A stretch of 64,000 nt of DNA from Chiloscyllium plagiosum (taxonomy: Eukaryota): the NCBI RefSeq assembly GCF_004010195.1, contig NC_057756.1, positions 6,550,788 through 6,614,787 of the forward strand, read 5' to 3'. Of this stretch, positions 1 to 12,146 are shown one piece after another. The translations under genes and the position numbers were made by a program. The notes below the pieces were generated by a model. It had not been told where the DNA came from and did not search any database. It saw nothing but the letters and a program-made list of their open reading frames with translations. Positions within the stretch are counted from its first letter, which is position 1. Every line of letters begins with the position of its first letter.

Positions 1-500
1 GCGATCGTATCCCTGAGGAGTGCGAGACTCTCAGCAATCTTCCTGCCCGGCACAGCACAAGTTTGCTCAGGGTGAATCACCGACCCCAGAGCAGACCTGA
101 CCCGGTTGGCGATTACCTTTGACTGAATTTTGTAATCCGCATTCAACAGTGAGATTGGTCTCCAATTTTTGAATTCCTCCCTCTCCCCCTTCCGCTTGTA
201 GANNNNNNNNNNNNNNNNNNNNNNNNNNNNNNNNNNNNNNNNNNNNNNNNNNNNNNNAGTTTTATTCTTTTCGAAGGACCCGAGGGCCTTGGTCAGCTCG
301 TCCAGAGATAGCGGCTGGTCCAGCCTCTCCCGTGTTCTGTCGTCTAAGATCTCCGTGACAGAGGACAGGAACGACTGGGAGGCCGCGCTGTCGGTCGGCT
401 TCGCGTCATACAGACTGGCATAGAAGGATTTACTGATCCTCATGACGTCAGCCTGAGATGACGTTATCGAGCCATCTTCTTTCAGCTGATGCTTCAACTC
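1..500 (-). mobile_element. Tx1/L1-clade LINE ORF2 fragment (pre-RT linker and start of RT), continues beyond the window
   Basis: Minus-strand translation gives SKSFYASLYDAKP...LDQPLSLDELTKALGSFEKNKT, then the gap, then YKRKGEREEFKNWRPISLLNADYKIQSKVIANRV...IHPEQTCAVPGR. WRPISLLNxDYKI is the diagnostic L1/Tx1 RT motif. Confidence 0.9.
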
Positions 501-594
501 TTGTCAACAGCAACATTCCCACTGATTCCCTGGTCAGGAATCTTGAACTAACAGACCAGACACTTATCATACACCTATTGATCAGGAGGACTTT

Positions 595-925
595 GGGTGG
601 CACGGTGGTTAGCACTACTGCCTCACGGGACCTGGGTTCAATTCCATCCTTGGGCAACTGCCTGTGTGGAGTTTGCACATTCTCCCCATGTCTGCATGGG
701 TTTCCCCGAGGCCCGTTCGAACTGGTCACATATGCACATGAGTCTGCGCACGGACAGCAGATCCGAGCAGAAAACGGCTTCCTCTGGGTGCTCTGGTGTC
801 CTCCCACAGTCCAAACATGTGCAGGATAGGTGAATTGGCTATGCTGAATTGCCGTAGTGTTAGGTGAAGATTGGAATGGGTCGGTGTGGGCTTGTTGGGC
901 CGAAGGGCCTGTTTCCAATCTAATC
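595..925 (+). mobile_element. HE1-type (V-SINE) tRNA-derived SINE with an internal ~70-bp insertion
   Basis: Head ggtggttagcact...ggttcaattcc, core tgtgtggagtttgcacattctcccc, tail gggccgaagggcctgtttcc-aatcta. Extra sequence at ~707-777. Confidence 0.85.
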
Positions 926-942
926 TTTAAATTGAACTTGAA

Positions 943-1600
943 CACTCACTCTCCAATGGTCAGATCGGCCCTCAGTCACTGGGGCTCTGCCTCTCTAATG
1001 GTCAGAGCTTAATTCAGTTACCGGTATGTCCTCTCTATTGGTCGGATTTGTCTTTAATTAGCACCTCTCTTCCAATCTGTTGGCAAATCCTGCCTTCAGA
1101 CACTTATTGCCTCTCACTGTATTGGTCATTCCTGCCTTCAATCACCACCCTTTCCTCATTTTATTGATCAGCCATGCTTTCAGTCACCACCTTTCCCTCA
1201 TTCTATTGGTCAGGCCTTCCTTCAGTCAACAGTATTCTTCCTCTTTATTGGTCAGTCCTGCCTTCAATCACCATCCTTTCTCCAGTCTATTGGTGAGACG
1301 TGCCTTCAGTCATCAACACTCTCCCTCTCTATTGGTCAGTGCTGCTTTAAGTCGCTGGTCCGATGTTTCGAAAGGTCAATGTACTCACCGTCGTCAGTCC
1401 TCTCTATCGATTGGTCAAACCTGACCTTTAGGTGGACCATAAATCGACCTTTCCCTGTTTCTATTGGTCAAGAGTGCCCTCAGTCACAGGTATGCCAACA
1501 CACTATTGGCAAATCTCGCCTTCAGTCATCTGTCCTCTCCCTTTCTATTGGTTAATTCTGCTATCAGTCAACGTTTCTCTCCCTCTCTATTGGTGAATAC
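943..1600. repeat. Degenerate 42-bp minisatellite (~16 units) with an ATTGG (CCAAT) core
   Basis: ctattggtcag...ccttcagtca recurs at 42-bp spacing (e.g. 1122, 1164, 1206, 1248, 1290, 1332). The overlapping ORF shows a 14-aa period. Confidence 0.85.
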
Positions 1601-3989
1601 ATCACAAACTCACGAGCAGAGGGTGGGAACTCCAGCATGTGGTGATGTCACAATCCTCTGCTGAAATCTGGAGGAACAGCATCCCATCTTCAGGTTGGAC
1701 ACTNNNNNNNNNNNNNNNNNNNNNNNNNNNNNNNNNNNNNNNNNNNNNNNNNNNNNNNNNNNNNNNNNNNNNNNNNNNNNNNNNNNNNNNNNNNNNNNNN
1801 NNNNNNNNNNNNNNNNNNNNNNNNNNNNNNNNNNNNNNNNNNNNNNNNNNNNNNNNNNNNNNNNNNNNNNNNNNNNNNNNNNNNNNNNNNNNNNNNNNNN
1901 NNNNNNNNNNNNNNNNNNNNNNNNNNNNNNNNNNNNNNNNNNNNNNNNNNNNNNNNNNNNNNNNNNNNNNNNNNNNNNNNNNNNNNNNNNNNNNNNNNNN
2001 NNNNNNNNNNNNNNNNNNNNNNNNNNNNNNNNNNNNNNNNNNNNNNNNNNNNNNNNNNNNNNNNNNNNNNNNNNNNNNNNNNNNNNNNNNNNNNNNNNNN
2101 NNNNNNNNNNNNNNNNNNNNNNNNNNNNNNNNNNNNNNNNNNNNNNNNNNNNNNNNNNNNNNNNNNNNNNNNNNNNNNNNNNNNNNNNNNNNNNNNNNNN
2201 NNNCAGTCAGAAGTGATTGTTAATATAATAGCAGAGTTTGCTGGATAATATCATGATTGTTGAACTCAACTAGTAACACCTGAGCATAATTCCATTGAGG
2301 ATGTAAAATCTGGATTTAGATTGTTGTCAGGAGCAACCATTTAATGCATGATTTTACTAACTACAAAATGCAAGCAACATAAAATAGCATAACAAAATGG
2401 CTTCTAGGAACAGATGAACAATTTTGTTTATAATGGTATCTAACTCTGCTGAAAACTGAATTCCTGAACTAATTGAAAGAGATTAGCAATCAATGCTCTG
2501 TTCATAGTATAAAATAACTAAGCAAGATATGACATTATTAAAGTATCCTCGCAGGTCTTGTAAACGAAGGTGCAGAGAGATAAAAATGTGCAAATAAGTC
2601 AGTTCCCAGGAAATATCATTGGGTAATTTTATGTCTATTTGTCATTTTATTTCATTTTATTGGATTAATTTTGCAATTAAGGCTGTTCTGTTTGTTAAGA
2701 GATCTATAAAAGTTGCTTGTGTTTTAAGTTAAGGCACAGCAGCTTTTCCAGAGTACACAGGGGTGCATTACCCCTGTGTTGGTGGATAACCTATGCCCAG
2801 CATAGTAATAAATTGTTAAATCTTGCTGAAATCAGACCAAGCTGCTAGTGTTTATTTGACCAATTGTGGAACCAGGAGGCCCCTCCCGAGGATCTTGATC
2901 TTCACCATAACCGTCTTGCGCCCAATACTTTTTGAGTAAGATGTTCGAATGCGTGAATTTGTAATTCGTATTTGGCGTGTAATCCGTCTTGTATTAGAAA
3001 TCCCTTGTTCCCAATGAACATGTCATTCTAATCTAGCTACACGTGGTTGCCCCACCCACCCACAGTCATAACCCCAAGCTAACCACTCTATTTATTCAGT
3101 TCAGTCAATGTTAGATGTAATTCAAAGTTACATACCTTGGTGAACACCTGTGGATATTGCACTATAGTTTTGTCATGCATTTGTTTATGGGCTGTGAAAT
3201 CCACTGTCTCGGTCAACATTTCTGGCGTTTATTTACACTATCCTTGATGACAGTGCAAGTCCAATCTTCCAGAATCCCATCTCAAAACCTTTTCGACTTT
3301 CCACCTCTTCCTCTTTGCTCATTTCTTCCATTGTGTAGTTATCTTGATGCCTGTATCATGCCTGTGATGCACATTGCTCTTCTGTGACGTTATTGTTTTC
3401 TATAGGCTTACAACGCAGCACAAAAGAGACTCTTCAGCCCATCGAGTCAGCACAAGTCTACTCTAAACCTACACGAGTTCCCCTTTCCAGCACTTGCCCA
3501 GAAATGTTATTGCTGTTTCAGAAATATTTTACAAATGATGACGGGTTTAATACTGTAGTTGAAGAAACATGTCTGATTGTTATAGATTTAATCAGGAAGA
3601 TTAATGGCTTGTGGGGTTTCAGTGTGGGAATTGGTTGTGTAATTTCAGGTCGTCATCAGCAAAATTAATGTTGTAACTGCTAAATGGACTCAGATCACAA
3701 GCTCTTAGTTCAAACGAAATCAGTAGTGTGCCTCAAATGCTACTTCACAGAGGAATGCCCACTCTGCCGGTCTGTCCATTTCCTTCCCCATCCTGAGCCT
3801 ATTTCTCTGCCTTTTCCTATTTCCCTCTGCATTTTGCTTGTCCCAAATCACCCTGCATCTATCCAGATCTATACCGCATGCATTGCAGGTGCTTGGCACG
3901 AAAACAAAAGCACAAATTATTGATTGGTTGAAGTGTTTGCATTTATTTTGTTGCCTGGCTATAGGAACATGTCAATTCAGGAGACATAT

Positions 3990-4465
3990 CCTTCCACCAG
4001 ACGCCTGGAGGAAGAACGCCTCAGCTTCCGCCTCGGAACACTTCAGCCTCGGAACACTTCAACCTCAGGGCATCAATGTGGACTTCAACAGTTTCCTCAT
4101 TTCCCCTTTCCCCACCTCATCCTAGTTCTAAACTTCCAGCTCAGCACTGTCCCGATGACTTGTCCGGATTTGTTCTACCTGCCTATCTCCTTTTCCACCT
4201 ATCCACTCCACCCTCTCCTCCCTGACCTATCACCTTCATCCCCTCCCCCACTCACCCATTGTACTCTATGCTACTTTCTCCCAACCCCCATCCTCCTCTC
4301 ACTTATCTCTCCACGCTCCAGGCTCACTGCCTTTATTCCTGATGAAGGGCTTTTGCCCGAAACGTCGATTTCGAAGCTCCTTGGATGCTGCCTGAACTGC
4401 TGTGCTCTTCCAGCACCACTAATCCAGAATCTGGTTTCCAGCATCTGCAGTCATTGTTTTTACCT
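3990..4465 (+). mobile_element. Penelope-like element 3' end (GIY-YIG C-terminus plus terminal repeat)
   Basis: RRLEEERLSFRLGTLQP..GINVDFNSF matches the C-terminus of Penelope endonucleases. It is followed by a pyrimidine-rich UTR and the terminal motif cctgatgaagggcttttgcccgaaacgtcg. Confidence 0.85.
4335..4370 (+). ncRNA. Minimal hammerhead ribozyme-like motif
   Basis: CUGAUGA (4339-45), extra A, stem II GGGC/UUUU/GCCC, GAAA (4359-62), then C-GUC. Predicted cut after 4366. Stem I is weak. Confidence 0.65.
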
Positions 4466-4920
4466 TATATCCTTCCTCACGTCCTCCTTCCTCTTTCAAC
4501 TGTTCTTTGATTCCACAAGAGTGGGGCAACTGTGCAGAATTTAAGTTCCCTTTAGCTGTTAGACTATTTAACCTGAGCTTTCGAAGTTAAATAATTAGAA
4601 ACTGTCTGAAATGTCATTGGTTGTTCTTGAGCAATTGGAGCTCTTTTGACAATAAAGGGGTTACATTGCGATTTAATTAGATAGCAATGCACAAACTTTC
4701 GAACACCACACTCCAGCCATCAGAATATCAGCAAAGACAACAAAGAAAACGAATTTTGTTTAGGGAAAGGAGAAGCTTAGACTTGTGATTGGTGCATATG
4801 ATGTGTGCGTGCCTATGTGGTGAATGGGATAGATTTCACAGATCGTGTCTGAGTTGGGACTTTTTCCATTATTTGTTCATCCATAATTGCCACTTCAACT
4901 CAACAGTGGGCTAGGTTCAT

Positions 4921-5300
4921 GATCCCATATTTCCTTTCTCAATGACGCCAGTGAGCAAATTTCTTCAGTGTTATAGCTTTCCATCAAGGATACATATTGT
5001 ATCTTACAGTGTGGAGACTCCTGCTAATGCAAATTTCTTCAAATAGGTCTCTTTCCAGAAGCCCTTTGTCTTCCATTTGCAATTTCATCATGCCCATTTG
5101 TTGTGAGAAGCAGCATTAGGACATCACTTATGCTTGTATGGATAACTAATGAAAGGGGGTCAACTCTACATCGATGGGAGTACATTTAAAAGTCCTTTGA
5201 AGGAACTGCAATATGGGCAGGAGACCAAGTGTTCTGATATGTTTTCTCGCTCTCACCTTTCTGTGATTTGGACAAATTTGCAGCATGGAAGCAGCTCTTA
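4921..5300 (+). pseudogene. Highly degenerate coding relic (pentraxin-like or Ig-V-like; unresolved)
   Basis: Frame +1 has PVSKFLQCYSF, IVSYSVETPAN, HHLCL, LYIDG and GQE in pentraxin order, with 3 internal stops. A frameshifted Ig-V reading is also possible. Confidence 0.3.
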
Positions 5301-5749
5301 ATTTCACCGTCATGTTACATATGTTGCACTGTTTTTCCATTAAGAACTGAAAAGGTAATGATTCAAAGATCCGTTTTTCCCCTTTTATTTGCAATATTAT
5401 GCTTCGATTGTTGAAGGATACATATTACTCTTTGTACAGTCTTCTGCAGTCTTCTACACCATATAAGATTCACTACACTACGTTGGTGCAATGGTAATCT
5501 TGACTTTCAGGGCTCTGAGCTCCTCCGGCATTATAAGTCATTGCCCAAGCATCCAGCAGCAAAACATTTCTATCTCTCTGTGATTCATCTCACAGGAGCA
5601 CAATCATATGGAAATAAACAAAAGTAAAATTTTCATTGTAAGTGTTTGCAATTTATTTGAAAAGCAGATATCTTCATAGCGATAAGTTTTATATGCCAGA
5701 TATTTGTTGAAACTGAATCAACAGCGAGGTGTATGTTGTCTTGCTAAAG

Positions 5750-5895
5750 CAGAGCATTCAGATAGTGACGGCAGTTGCCAGAGGGTGAGGGTGACTTCCC
5801 TTTAGAGGAAGGTCATATTTGACATAGTGTGGTATCAAAGATCCCACGCAATACTGGAGTCAATGACAATTGTGGGAAAACTCAACTGTTTGGAT
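5750..5895 (+). pseudogene. Ig-V-like exon relic (N-terminal half), cut by a Penelope insertion
   Basis: Acceptor-like ttgtcttgctaaag. Reads IVTAVARG*G*LPF (TTT for TGT Cys) and, after a frameshift, DIVWYQR. Confidence 0.3.
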
Positions 5896-5899
5896 TCAT

Positions 5900-6420
5900 G
5901 CTGAAAATTCCTGCTTTCCATTTATGTCTTTGGGTTTCTTTGGGTTGGTGATGTCCTTTCCTGTAGTGATATTATTTCCTGTGGTGAAGTCACTTCCTGT
6001 TCCTTTTCTCAGAGGGTGGTAGATGGGATCTAACTTGATGTGTTTGTTGGTAGAGTTCCAGTTAGAATGCCATGCTTCTAGGAATTCTTGCGGTGTCTTT
6101 GTTTGGATTGCACTAGGATGAATGTGTTGTCGTAGTCGAAGTGGTGTTCTTCCTTATCTGTATGCAAGGATATTAATAAAAGAAGGTCATGTCTTTTGTG
6201 GCTAGTTGACGTTCATGTATCCTGGTAACTATTTTTCTGTCTGTTTGTCCAATGTAGTGTTTGTTACAGTCCTTGCACGGTATTTTGTAGATAACATTAG
6301 TTTTGCTTGTTGTCTGTATAGGGCCTTACAAGTTCATTAGCTGCTGTTTTAGTGTGTTGGTGGGTTTGTGGGCTACCATGATGCCAAAGGGGTCTGATTA
6401 GTCTGGCAGTCTACTGGCAG
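5900..6420 (-). mobile_element. Penelope-like element fragment (GIY-YIG endonuclease region)
   Basis: Minus strand reads NVIYKIPCKDCNKHYIGQTDRKIVTRIHE, a canonical GIY-YIG signature. Confidence 0.9.
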
Positions 6421-6705
6421 CAGATTTAAGGTGAGAGGGGAAAGAATTAAAAGGGACCTAAGGGGCAACATTTTCACATACACAGTGGTGTGTGCATGGA
6501 ATGAATTGTCAGAGGAAATGGTGATGGTTACAACAATTACAACATTTAAGAGGCATCTGGATGGATATATGGATGGGAAGGGTTTCAAAGGATATTGATC
6601 AAATTCTGTTAAATTGGACAAGATTAATTCAAGATATCTGGAGCCGTCATCTATGGGTTATATCAAGATGTCCTTTTCCATGCTCTACAACTCCATGACT
6701 CTAAG
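6421..6705 (+). mobile_element. CR1/HER1 LINE 3' fragment
   Basis: agatttaaggtgagagggg...tggaatgaattgtcagagga...acatttaagaggcatctggatgg and a degenerate tail. Confidence 0.8.
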
Positions 6706-7279
6706 ACTCTGAATCCAAAGGCACTCAAGTAACATGGCACCATCAAGAAAAACTATGTATGGTTCAGCAGCATACCACATAAAGGTTAACTGCACATTCC
6801 ACAACTCCTGCTGCTGATTGTATTGGGCAGAAGAAATTTTAACCTTCAAGATGATCGAAACCACAATCATTCAAGGTTTCTTTGGTAATACCTTTCAAGT
6901 GTGCAACTTCTACTGAGTACAATACTGCATGGGAATACCTTAAGGAAAAAAGTCTCATACCATCCTGAATTGGAAATATTGTTATTCTATCCCTGTCACT
7001 GAATTGAGGAGTTTGACGATTCCTCAGACACCCTTTCATCTAATTGCATTGTGAGATTACTCACATGTCATTATTTCAATGGTTCAAGACGATGTTCAAT
7101 GCTGCCCAATGCTTCCAATCTCAATCTTGGGAAGTATGTTAACAAAGGCCACAACACCCCGATTCATAATTTAATACTAAAGGAGTCTTTGGGTGCATTA
7201 TTTGTTCATTTCCAAATCAACGTGACAATACTTCAAAGTCAGAAAGAAATAAAGCTGATTAATGCTCTGACAGGAGGAG

Positions 7280-7415
7280 GCTAAAAGAACACAGCAAGCC
7301 AGGCAGCAACAGTAGGTGGAGAAGTTGATGTGCGGGTGTAACCCTTCTTCAGGACTGGAGGTGGGTGTAAGGAGAGCCGCAGATAAAGAGGGTGGTGGGT
7401 GGAGGGTGGTGAATT
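7280..7415 (-). mobile_element. Penelope terminal fragment with a degenerate hammerhead
   Basis: Reverse strand reads ccagtcctgaagaagggttacacccgcacatc. The CUGAAGA core and stem II are present but GAAA is lost. Confidence 0.6.
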
Positions 7416-9069
7416 GGCGATTCATGTTGTAAATGAATTTTAAGCGAAAGTTTCATTTTGTAATAAATATTTACGGTTTGTGCTTTGTACACTTCCTATT
7501 AATAATTATCTTTCCTTAATAAAAACATTCATTTGAACTCCACTGATGAGGGTGAAATTCAAAAAGTTCCCAACTTTATCCAGCGCGTAAATGAGACTTG
7601 TTTAGATTCTACAAACAACTAGGTGACAATCACATCATTACTCTGGATTTTGTAATTTGTCTATGTCACGCTTCCCTTGATCCTTGGGTGTAAGAATTTG
7701 TTCAAATCATTTATAACTGCACTTAAATTTCAATTATTTACCTTTCCCTTGTCGAGACCTCCCTTTTTAACAACCTTTCTCCTGTGCCAATTTTTTTTTT
7801 GGAGTTCGGGTTTACACTAATTATTACTTTATCTTCCCTTATAATGCATTGGCCCTTTATATTGCCTATAGCATTTGTTCAAGGAATGCTTGAACATTAA
7901 CTTTTCACGTTAATTTGTTATTTGCCTTTCTAATTCTACAATTACCTAAACAGTGCAGAATGCTGGTAGAGCATACTTTTACTTTTACTTTTTAATAAAA
8001 AAAGATTGGAGCGGTGGTTAAACTAGGCCTCAGTAAACTCCGTATTAAAATGTTTATGTGTTTAGAACTGCCTGTTTACAGACACATGGTTAACTTTCCT
8101 TATATTTCTTCCTATGGAGATTCTGATCTTGTCCAGTGTGTCTATATGGGGACTATAAGTTCAGCTGTGAACATTTGTTGTACACGTCTGTCAAAACCTT
8201 TCCGCTCATTTTGTGTTCTGGTTCAGTGATGCCCCGTAGGGAAGGAAAACTGTCACCCTTGTCTTGTCTGACCTACAGGTGACTCCTGACCAGCTATTTC
8301 GTCACTCTCGTCTGCCTTGTGAGAAATAAACACTGGGCAAGCCAACGGTGCCCACATCCTGTGATAAATTAATTTTTAAAATGGCAGCTTAAGGACAATC
8401 ACATTATTGAAGGTGTGAAGTCGCCTATACGAGAAATCAATTCATGATTTCTTCTCAAATCGAATATTTCCATTAATTTCGCTTTTCATATACCAGTACT
8501 ATTCTACTGTACTGTTGACTGGCTTTTCCATAACAGCCATCCGGCACTATCAACGGATTGCACACCTTGTTTCCATCAGATAATATTTATCATTAAAATA
8601 TTCCTCATCGCGCAAAATGCCTTGACTCATTATTTACTTTCCTAACTGACACTGTCACGTAAACAAGAGGATTAAATCTTGACGTTGAATGGTTTTGTTT
8701 TCTTTCCCTACTCATGTACAGTGTGAGCAATATAAGGATGCTGTAAGTCACAGTTGTGTTTTCACATTTCCTGAACGTAGAGGACTGACAATCCTCATTG
8801 TGTAATTGGCCATTGACATCCACGGTGCTGAAACAGCGATTTTTTTTTCACAAAACGGTCAGTATAAACTTAAATACACGAAAAACGGAAAGCTGCCAGA
8901 CAGCGTTTGCTTCCATTTTGCATTTCTGAATCCTAAAAATGATTTAAATGTTTTGTAATGAATCACTGTCTTTCATGGTTGCTGTCACAGTGACACCGGA
9001 AGTCAGTTAAACGTTTTAACAGAACCTCTTCTGTTACCCAGTTTTTTGCAATATCTGATCTTCCTTCAG

Positions 9070-9990
9070 GCTAAACGTATTCCAGCCATTACATTATGTG
9101 AAAATTGTTCTACAATGGCATTCAGAGAGAGACTTTGGTCAGCTCAGGATTTGGCAACATTCACACGCCTTGTTCAAACAAAGACACGCCAATGTGTGTT
9201 ATGGACCACATCAGACCCCATTAAAAAATATTTCAAGAAACGTAGCCCAGACCCTAACTTTGCCAGTTGATTTAAACAAGCGAGACGCAGATATGAGAGG
9301 AGTGATGCAGTTGGTCAAAACACTTAGTTTTAAAGAAAATACAATTTATTTACAAGATTACCGAATGAAATACAAACAAAATGGAACAGAATACAGATTA
9401 ACTTAACCCTATCAAAAAGCCCAACAGCTTATCCCAACTTAATGATGCTGTTCCAAATACTTACAACAATCCCCATAAACTCCCTTTGGCACAAAAGGTA
9501 AACAGAATCTTACAGGAGAGAAGTTAGAGAGAGAGGGTCAGCATAGACCTGTTTCTCTTGTGTCCAGCAGCTTCACAACTGCCTGACTGTTTTCAGTGAA
9601 CATCTAGAATTCCAACAGCCGGAGAAAAGCTGAGCTGGGAGAACTGCCAGTCCCTTTTCACTGTACAGGTATTTTTTTCAAACTTGAAGGTCTTCTTGCC
9701 TGAGGCAGCATCTGCTGGTCATAATCAAATCAGCCCGAAAACCCATCCAAGCCTCGACCTTTAGAAGTCTGTGACTTTTACGAACTCGCTGAAAACAGAG
9801 CCAAGGACAGCACAACCTTGCAGCAATGTCACTTGTTAGGTATGATTCCAGCTATTTGTGAAGTTTAGTGGCATACATATGACTCTACAACTTTGGTGTT
9901 GTTATTTCTTCCGAATCTTTCTGTCAATTGATACCGAGTATGGGCACAATTACTTCCATTTTAAGTACATGATAGTCAACGCGCTACCAG
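9070..9990 (+). pseudogene. Ig-V-like exon relic split by a solo LTR (9070-9196 and ~9834-9990)
   Basis: Strong acceptor atcttccttcag. Frameshifted reading IPAITL(C/G)EN-IVLQ(W/C)HSERDFGQLRIW before the LTR, and KFSG...LLFLPNLSVN-DTEY after it. These resemble the B/C and D/E/F strand motifs. Confidence 0.35.
9197..9833. mobile_element. Solo LTR-like element (same family as 50724-51322)
   Basis: Starts tgttatggacca. Colinear similarity over ~600 bp with 50724-51322 (gtagcccagac, cccaacttaatgatgctgttccaaa, gctgggagaactg). Confidence 0.7.
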
Positions 9991-10290
9991 TGTGGCGGTT
10001 GAGTGGTTCAGTGGTTAACGCTGCTATCGCTCACCGTCGGGACCCGGGTTCGAGTCCCGCCTTGGACAACTGGCGTTTGCACTTTTTCCCCTTGCCTGTT
10101 GGGCTTTTTCCGAGGTATTCCGGTTTCCTCCCACAATCCGAAGATATGAATATCAGGTGAACTTAACAAGCCAAATTGCCCGTGCTGACAGGTGCATTCG
10201 GGAGGGGGGAATGGCGGGTTACTCTTCAACGGGTCGGTTTGAAGTTGTTGGGCCGAAGGACCTGTTTCCATACTGTTGGGAATCTAAGCT
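9990..10290 (+). mobile_element. Diverged HE1-type SINE
   Basis: tRNA-like head (cagtggttaacgct..gggttcgagtcc), ccggtttcctcccaca core and ttgggccgaaggacctgtttcc tail. Confidence 0.8.
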
Positions 10291-10613
10291 AACCAGTGAG
10301 CAAAAGGAGGCTATGCTTCCCATTGTGCTCGCAACACCTCTATTACATTGTGTCAATACTCAGTCTTTTTATTCCTATCTGCCTGCACTCGATTACTATT
10401 CAAATAAACGTCCCACAACCTCATTAGCTCCTTCTGTTCTCAGTCAGTGAAGATCTCCCCTACATTTTCACTATTCTTTTAATGACTGAAAAATAAGACA
10501 GCAACCAATTGATAAGGAAAAGCAGGCCAAGTTAAAATAAATGTTGCCACTGGTGTGTTAGAGAAGATGATTTTGTGCCAACTTGTTGTTAATGATATGT
10601 ATATCTTTCACTG

Positions 10614-10810
10614 GTACTCAAGTCTTGCAGATCCACACTGATCACAGGCAGATTAATGTGACTGTTGGAGAATTCGGATTTTTTTTCAGTGAATCTATCA
10701 GCTGCAATGACGAATGCGAACTGGGATTTCAATGGGAAACGTTGAGAGCAGTGGAGCGTTTCAAATTTCTCATGCATATGAATCGTGGCGACAAAATTTT
10801 ACTGCAATAA
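10614..10810 (+). pseudogene. Ig V-type (CD2/SLAM/CEACAM/HEPACAM N-domain-like) exon relic
   Basis: GTQVLQIHTDHRQINVTVGEFGFF, then after a +1 shift in a T8 run SVNLSAAMTNANWDFNGKR*EQW. The acceptor reads CTG instead of CAG (10611-13). Confidence 0.5.
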
Positions 10811-10869
10811 AAATTTGGGGAAAAAAGTCAAATTACAACCATGATATGCAGAGGGAATTTTTTAAAAAA

Positions 10870-11155
10870 TTAGATTGTGTATAGTAGTGGAAACAGGCCC
10901 TTCGGCCCAACAAGTCAATACCAACCCTTCAAAGAGCAAACCACCCAGCCCCATTCCACTACACCTAACACTACGGGCAATTTAGCACGACCAATTCACC
11001 TAACCCGCACATTTTTGGACCGTGGGAGGAAACCGGAGCAGACACGGGGAGACTGCGCAAACTCCACACAGATAGTTGCCGGAGGCGGGAATTGAATCGG
11101 CGTCTCTATTGCTGTGAGGCAGTAGTGCTAACGACTTGTGCCACCGCGCCGCCCT
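10870..11155 (-). mobile_element. HE1-type SINE
   Basis: Reverse complement of the SINE consensus seen at 27569 and 61082. Confidence 0.85.
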
Positions 11156-11239
11156 AGATCTAGAGTATGAGTCCTTACCGCCTGACAGTGGCAATATAAG
11201 TGGGTCTGGTGGAAAATAAGACATATGACCCCCTTTCTT

Positions 11240-12100
11240 TATTGTTCGTGGCATTGAGTATAAAAATTACCAAGTGGTTCTACAGCTGCGTACAGTATTA
11301 GACCACAGTTAGAATGGTGTGTTGCCACAATATAGGAGAGATGTCGAGGCTTTGGAAAGGGCTCAAAATTGTCTTGCCATGACATTGGAGTGTATTAGCT
11401 ACAAGGTGAGCTTGGATAAGTTGGATTGTTTTCACCAGGGAGTCAGAGTCTTGTGGGCGTCCTGATAGAAGTACGTAAAATAATGAGAAGTATTGATAAG
11501 GTGGATAAGCAGAGACTTCCGTTCCCGGGGTGGAGATATTAAATAAAACAGCATAGCGGCGTTTGAGAAGATATGTAGCTCAGGCTGAGGTTCTGGGTGT
11601 AGGTTTGCTCGCTGAGCTGGAAGGTTCATTTCCAGATTTGCATTATTGCCTCTGCTAAGAACCATGATATCGCAGATTCTATGGGTGTTCAGTTGGATTG
11701 TCTGTAGTTTTTGTTGTTGAAAGCGAACTGTGTGGCAAGGCATAGGTCCATGAGCTTGACGATGCTGTCCTTGCTGATGAGGTTAATAGTGTTTGGTGTA
11801 TGTGCCTTTGGGTCTTCTAATAGTGTAGTCAGTGTTTCCTTGGCCAGGTTAATGTTGATTGATGTAAACAGGGCTGTTACATCAAAGGAGACCATTATCT
11901 CATCCTCTTCAGCAAGCAAAACTGAGCATAGATTTAAGGGGAGAGGGGGAACATTGAAACGAGACGTGGGGAGGCAAGGTTTTTACACAGAGAATTGTAA
12001 GTGCCTGAAACGCGTTCCCACGGGAGGTATTAGAAGCAGATATGTTAGCAAAGTTTTAAAAGACAATTCAAAAAGCACATGACCGTACAGGGAATACAGG
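11240..12100 (+). mobile_element. Old CR1 LINE fragment interrupted by a Penelope RT fragment
   Basis: ggcattgagtataaaa...ttagaccacagttaga before the insertion and gagcatagatttaagggga after it. Confidence 0.65.
11575..11915 (-). mobile_element. Penelope-like reverse transcriptase fragment
   Basis: ORF 11689-11919 reads EDEIMVSFDVTALFTSI...LMDLCLATQFAFNNK, followed by Q.NxTP.GSxIS-like sequence typical of Penelope RT. Confidence 0.9.
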
Positions 12101-12146
12101 ACGTGGATCATGATATTCTCACTGGAAGAAATGGAGGCTGCTGCAG

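Noticed and set aside
1639-2223. ORFs spanning N runs (also 48701-49780)
   Set aside because: Artefacts of assembly gaps.
7543-7575. CTGATGA-GGG...CCC hammerhead-like start
   Set aside because: No GAAA or cleavage triplet follows the putative stem II.
8605-8830. Minus-strand NGQLHNEDCQSSTFRKCE resembling a C-type lectin C-terminus
   Set aside because: It is a single weak motif with no supporting upstream exons found.
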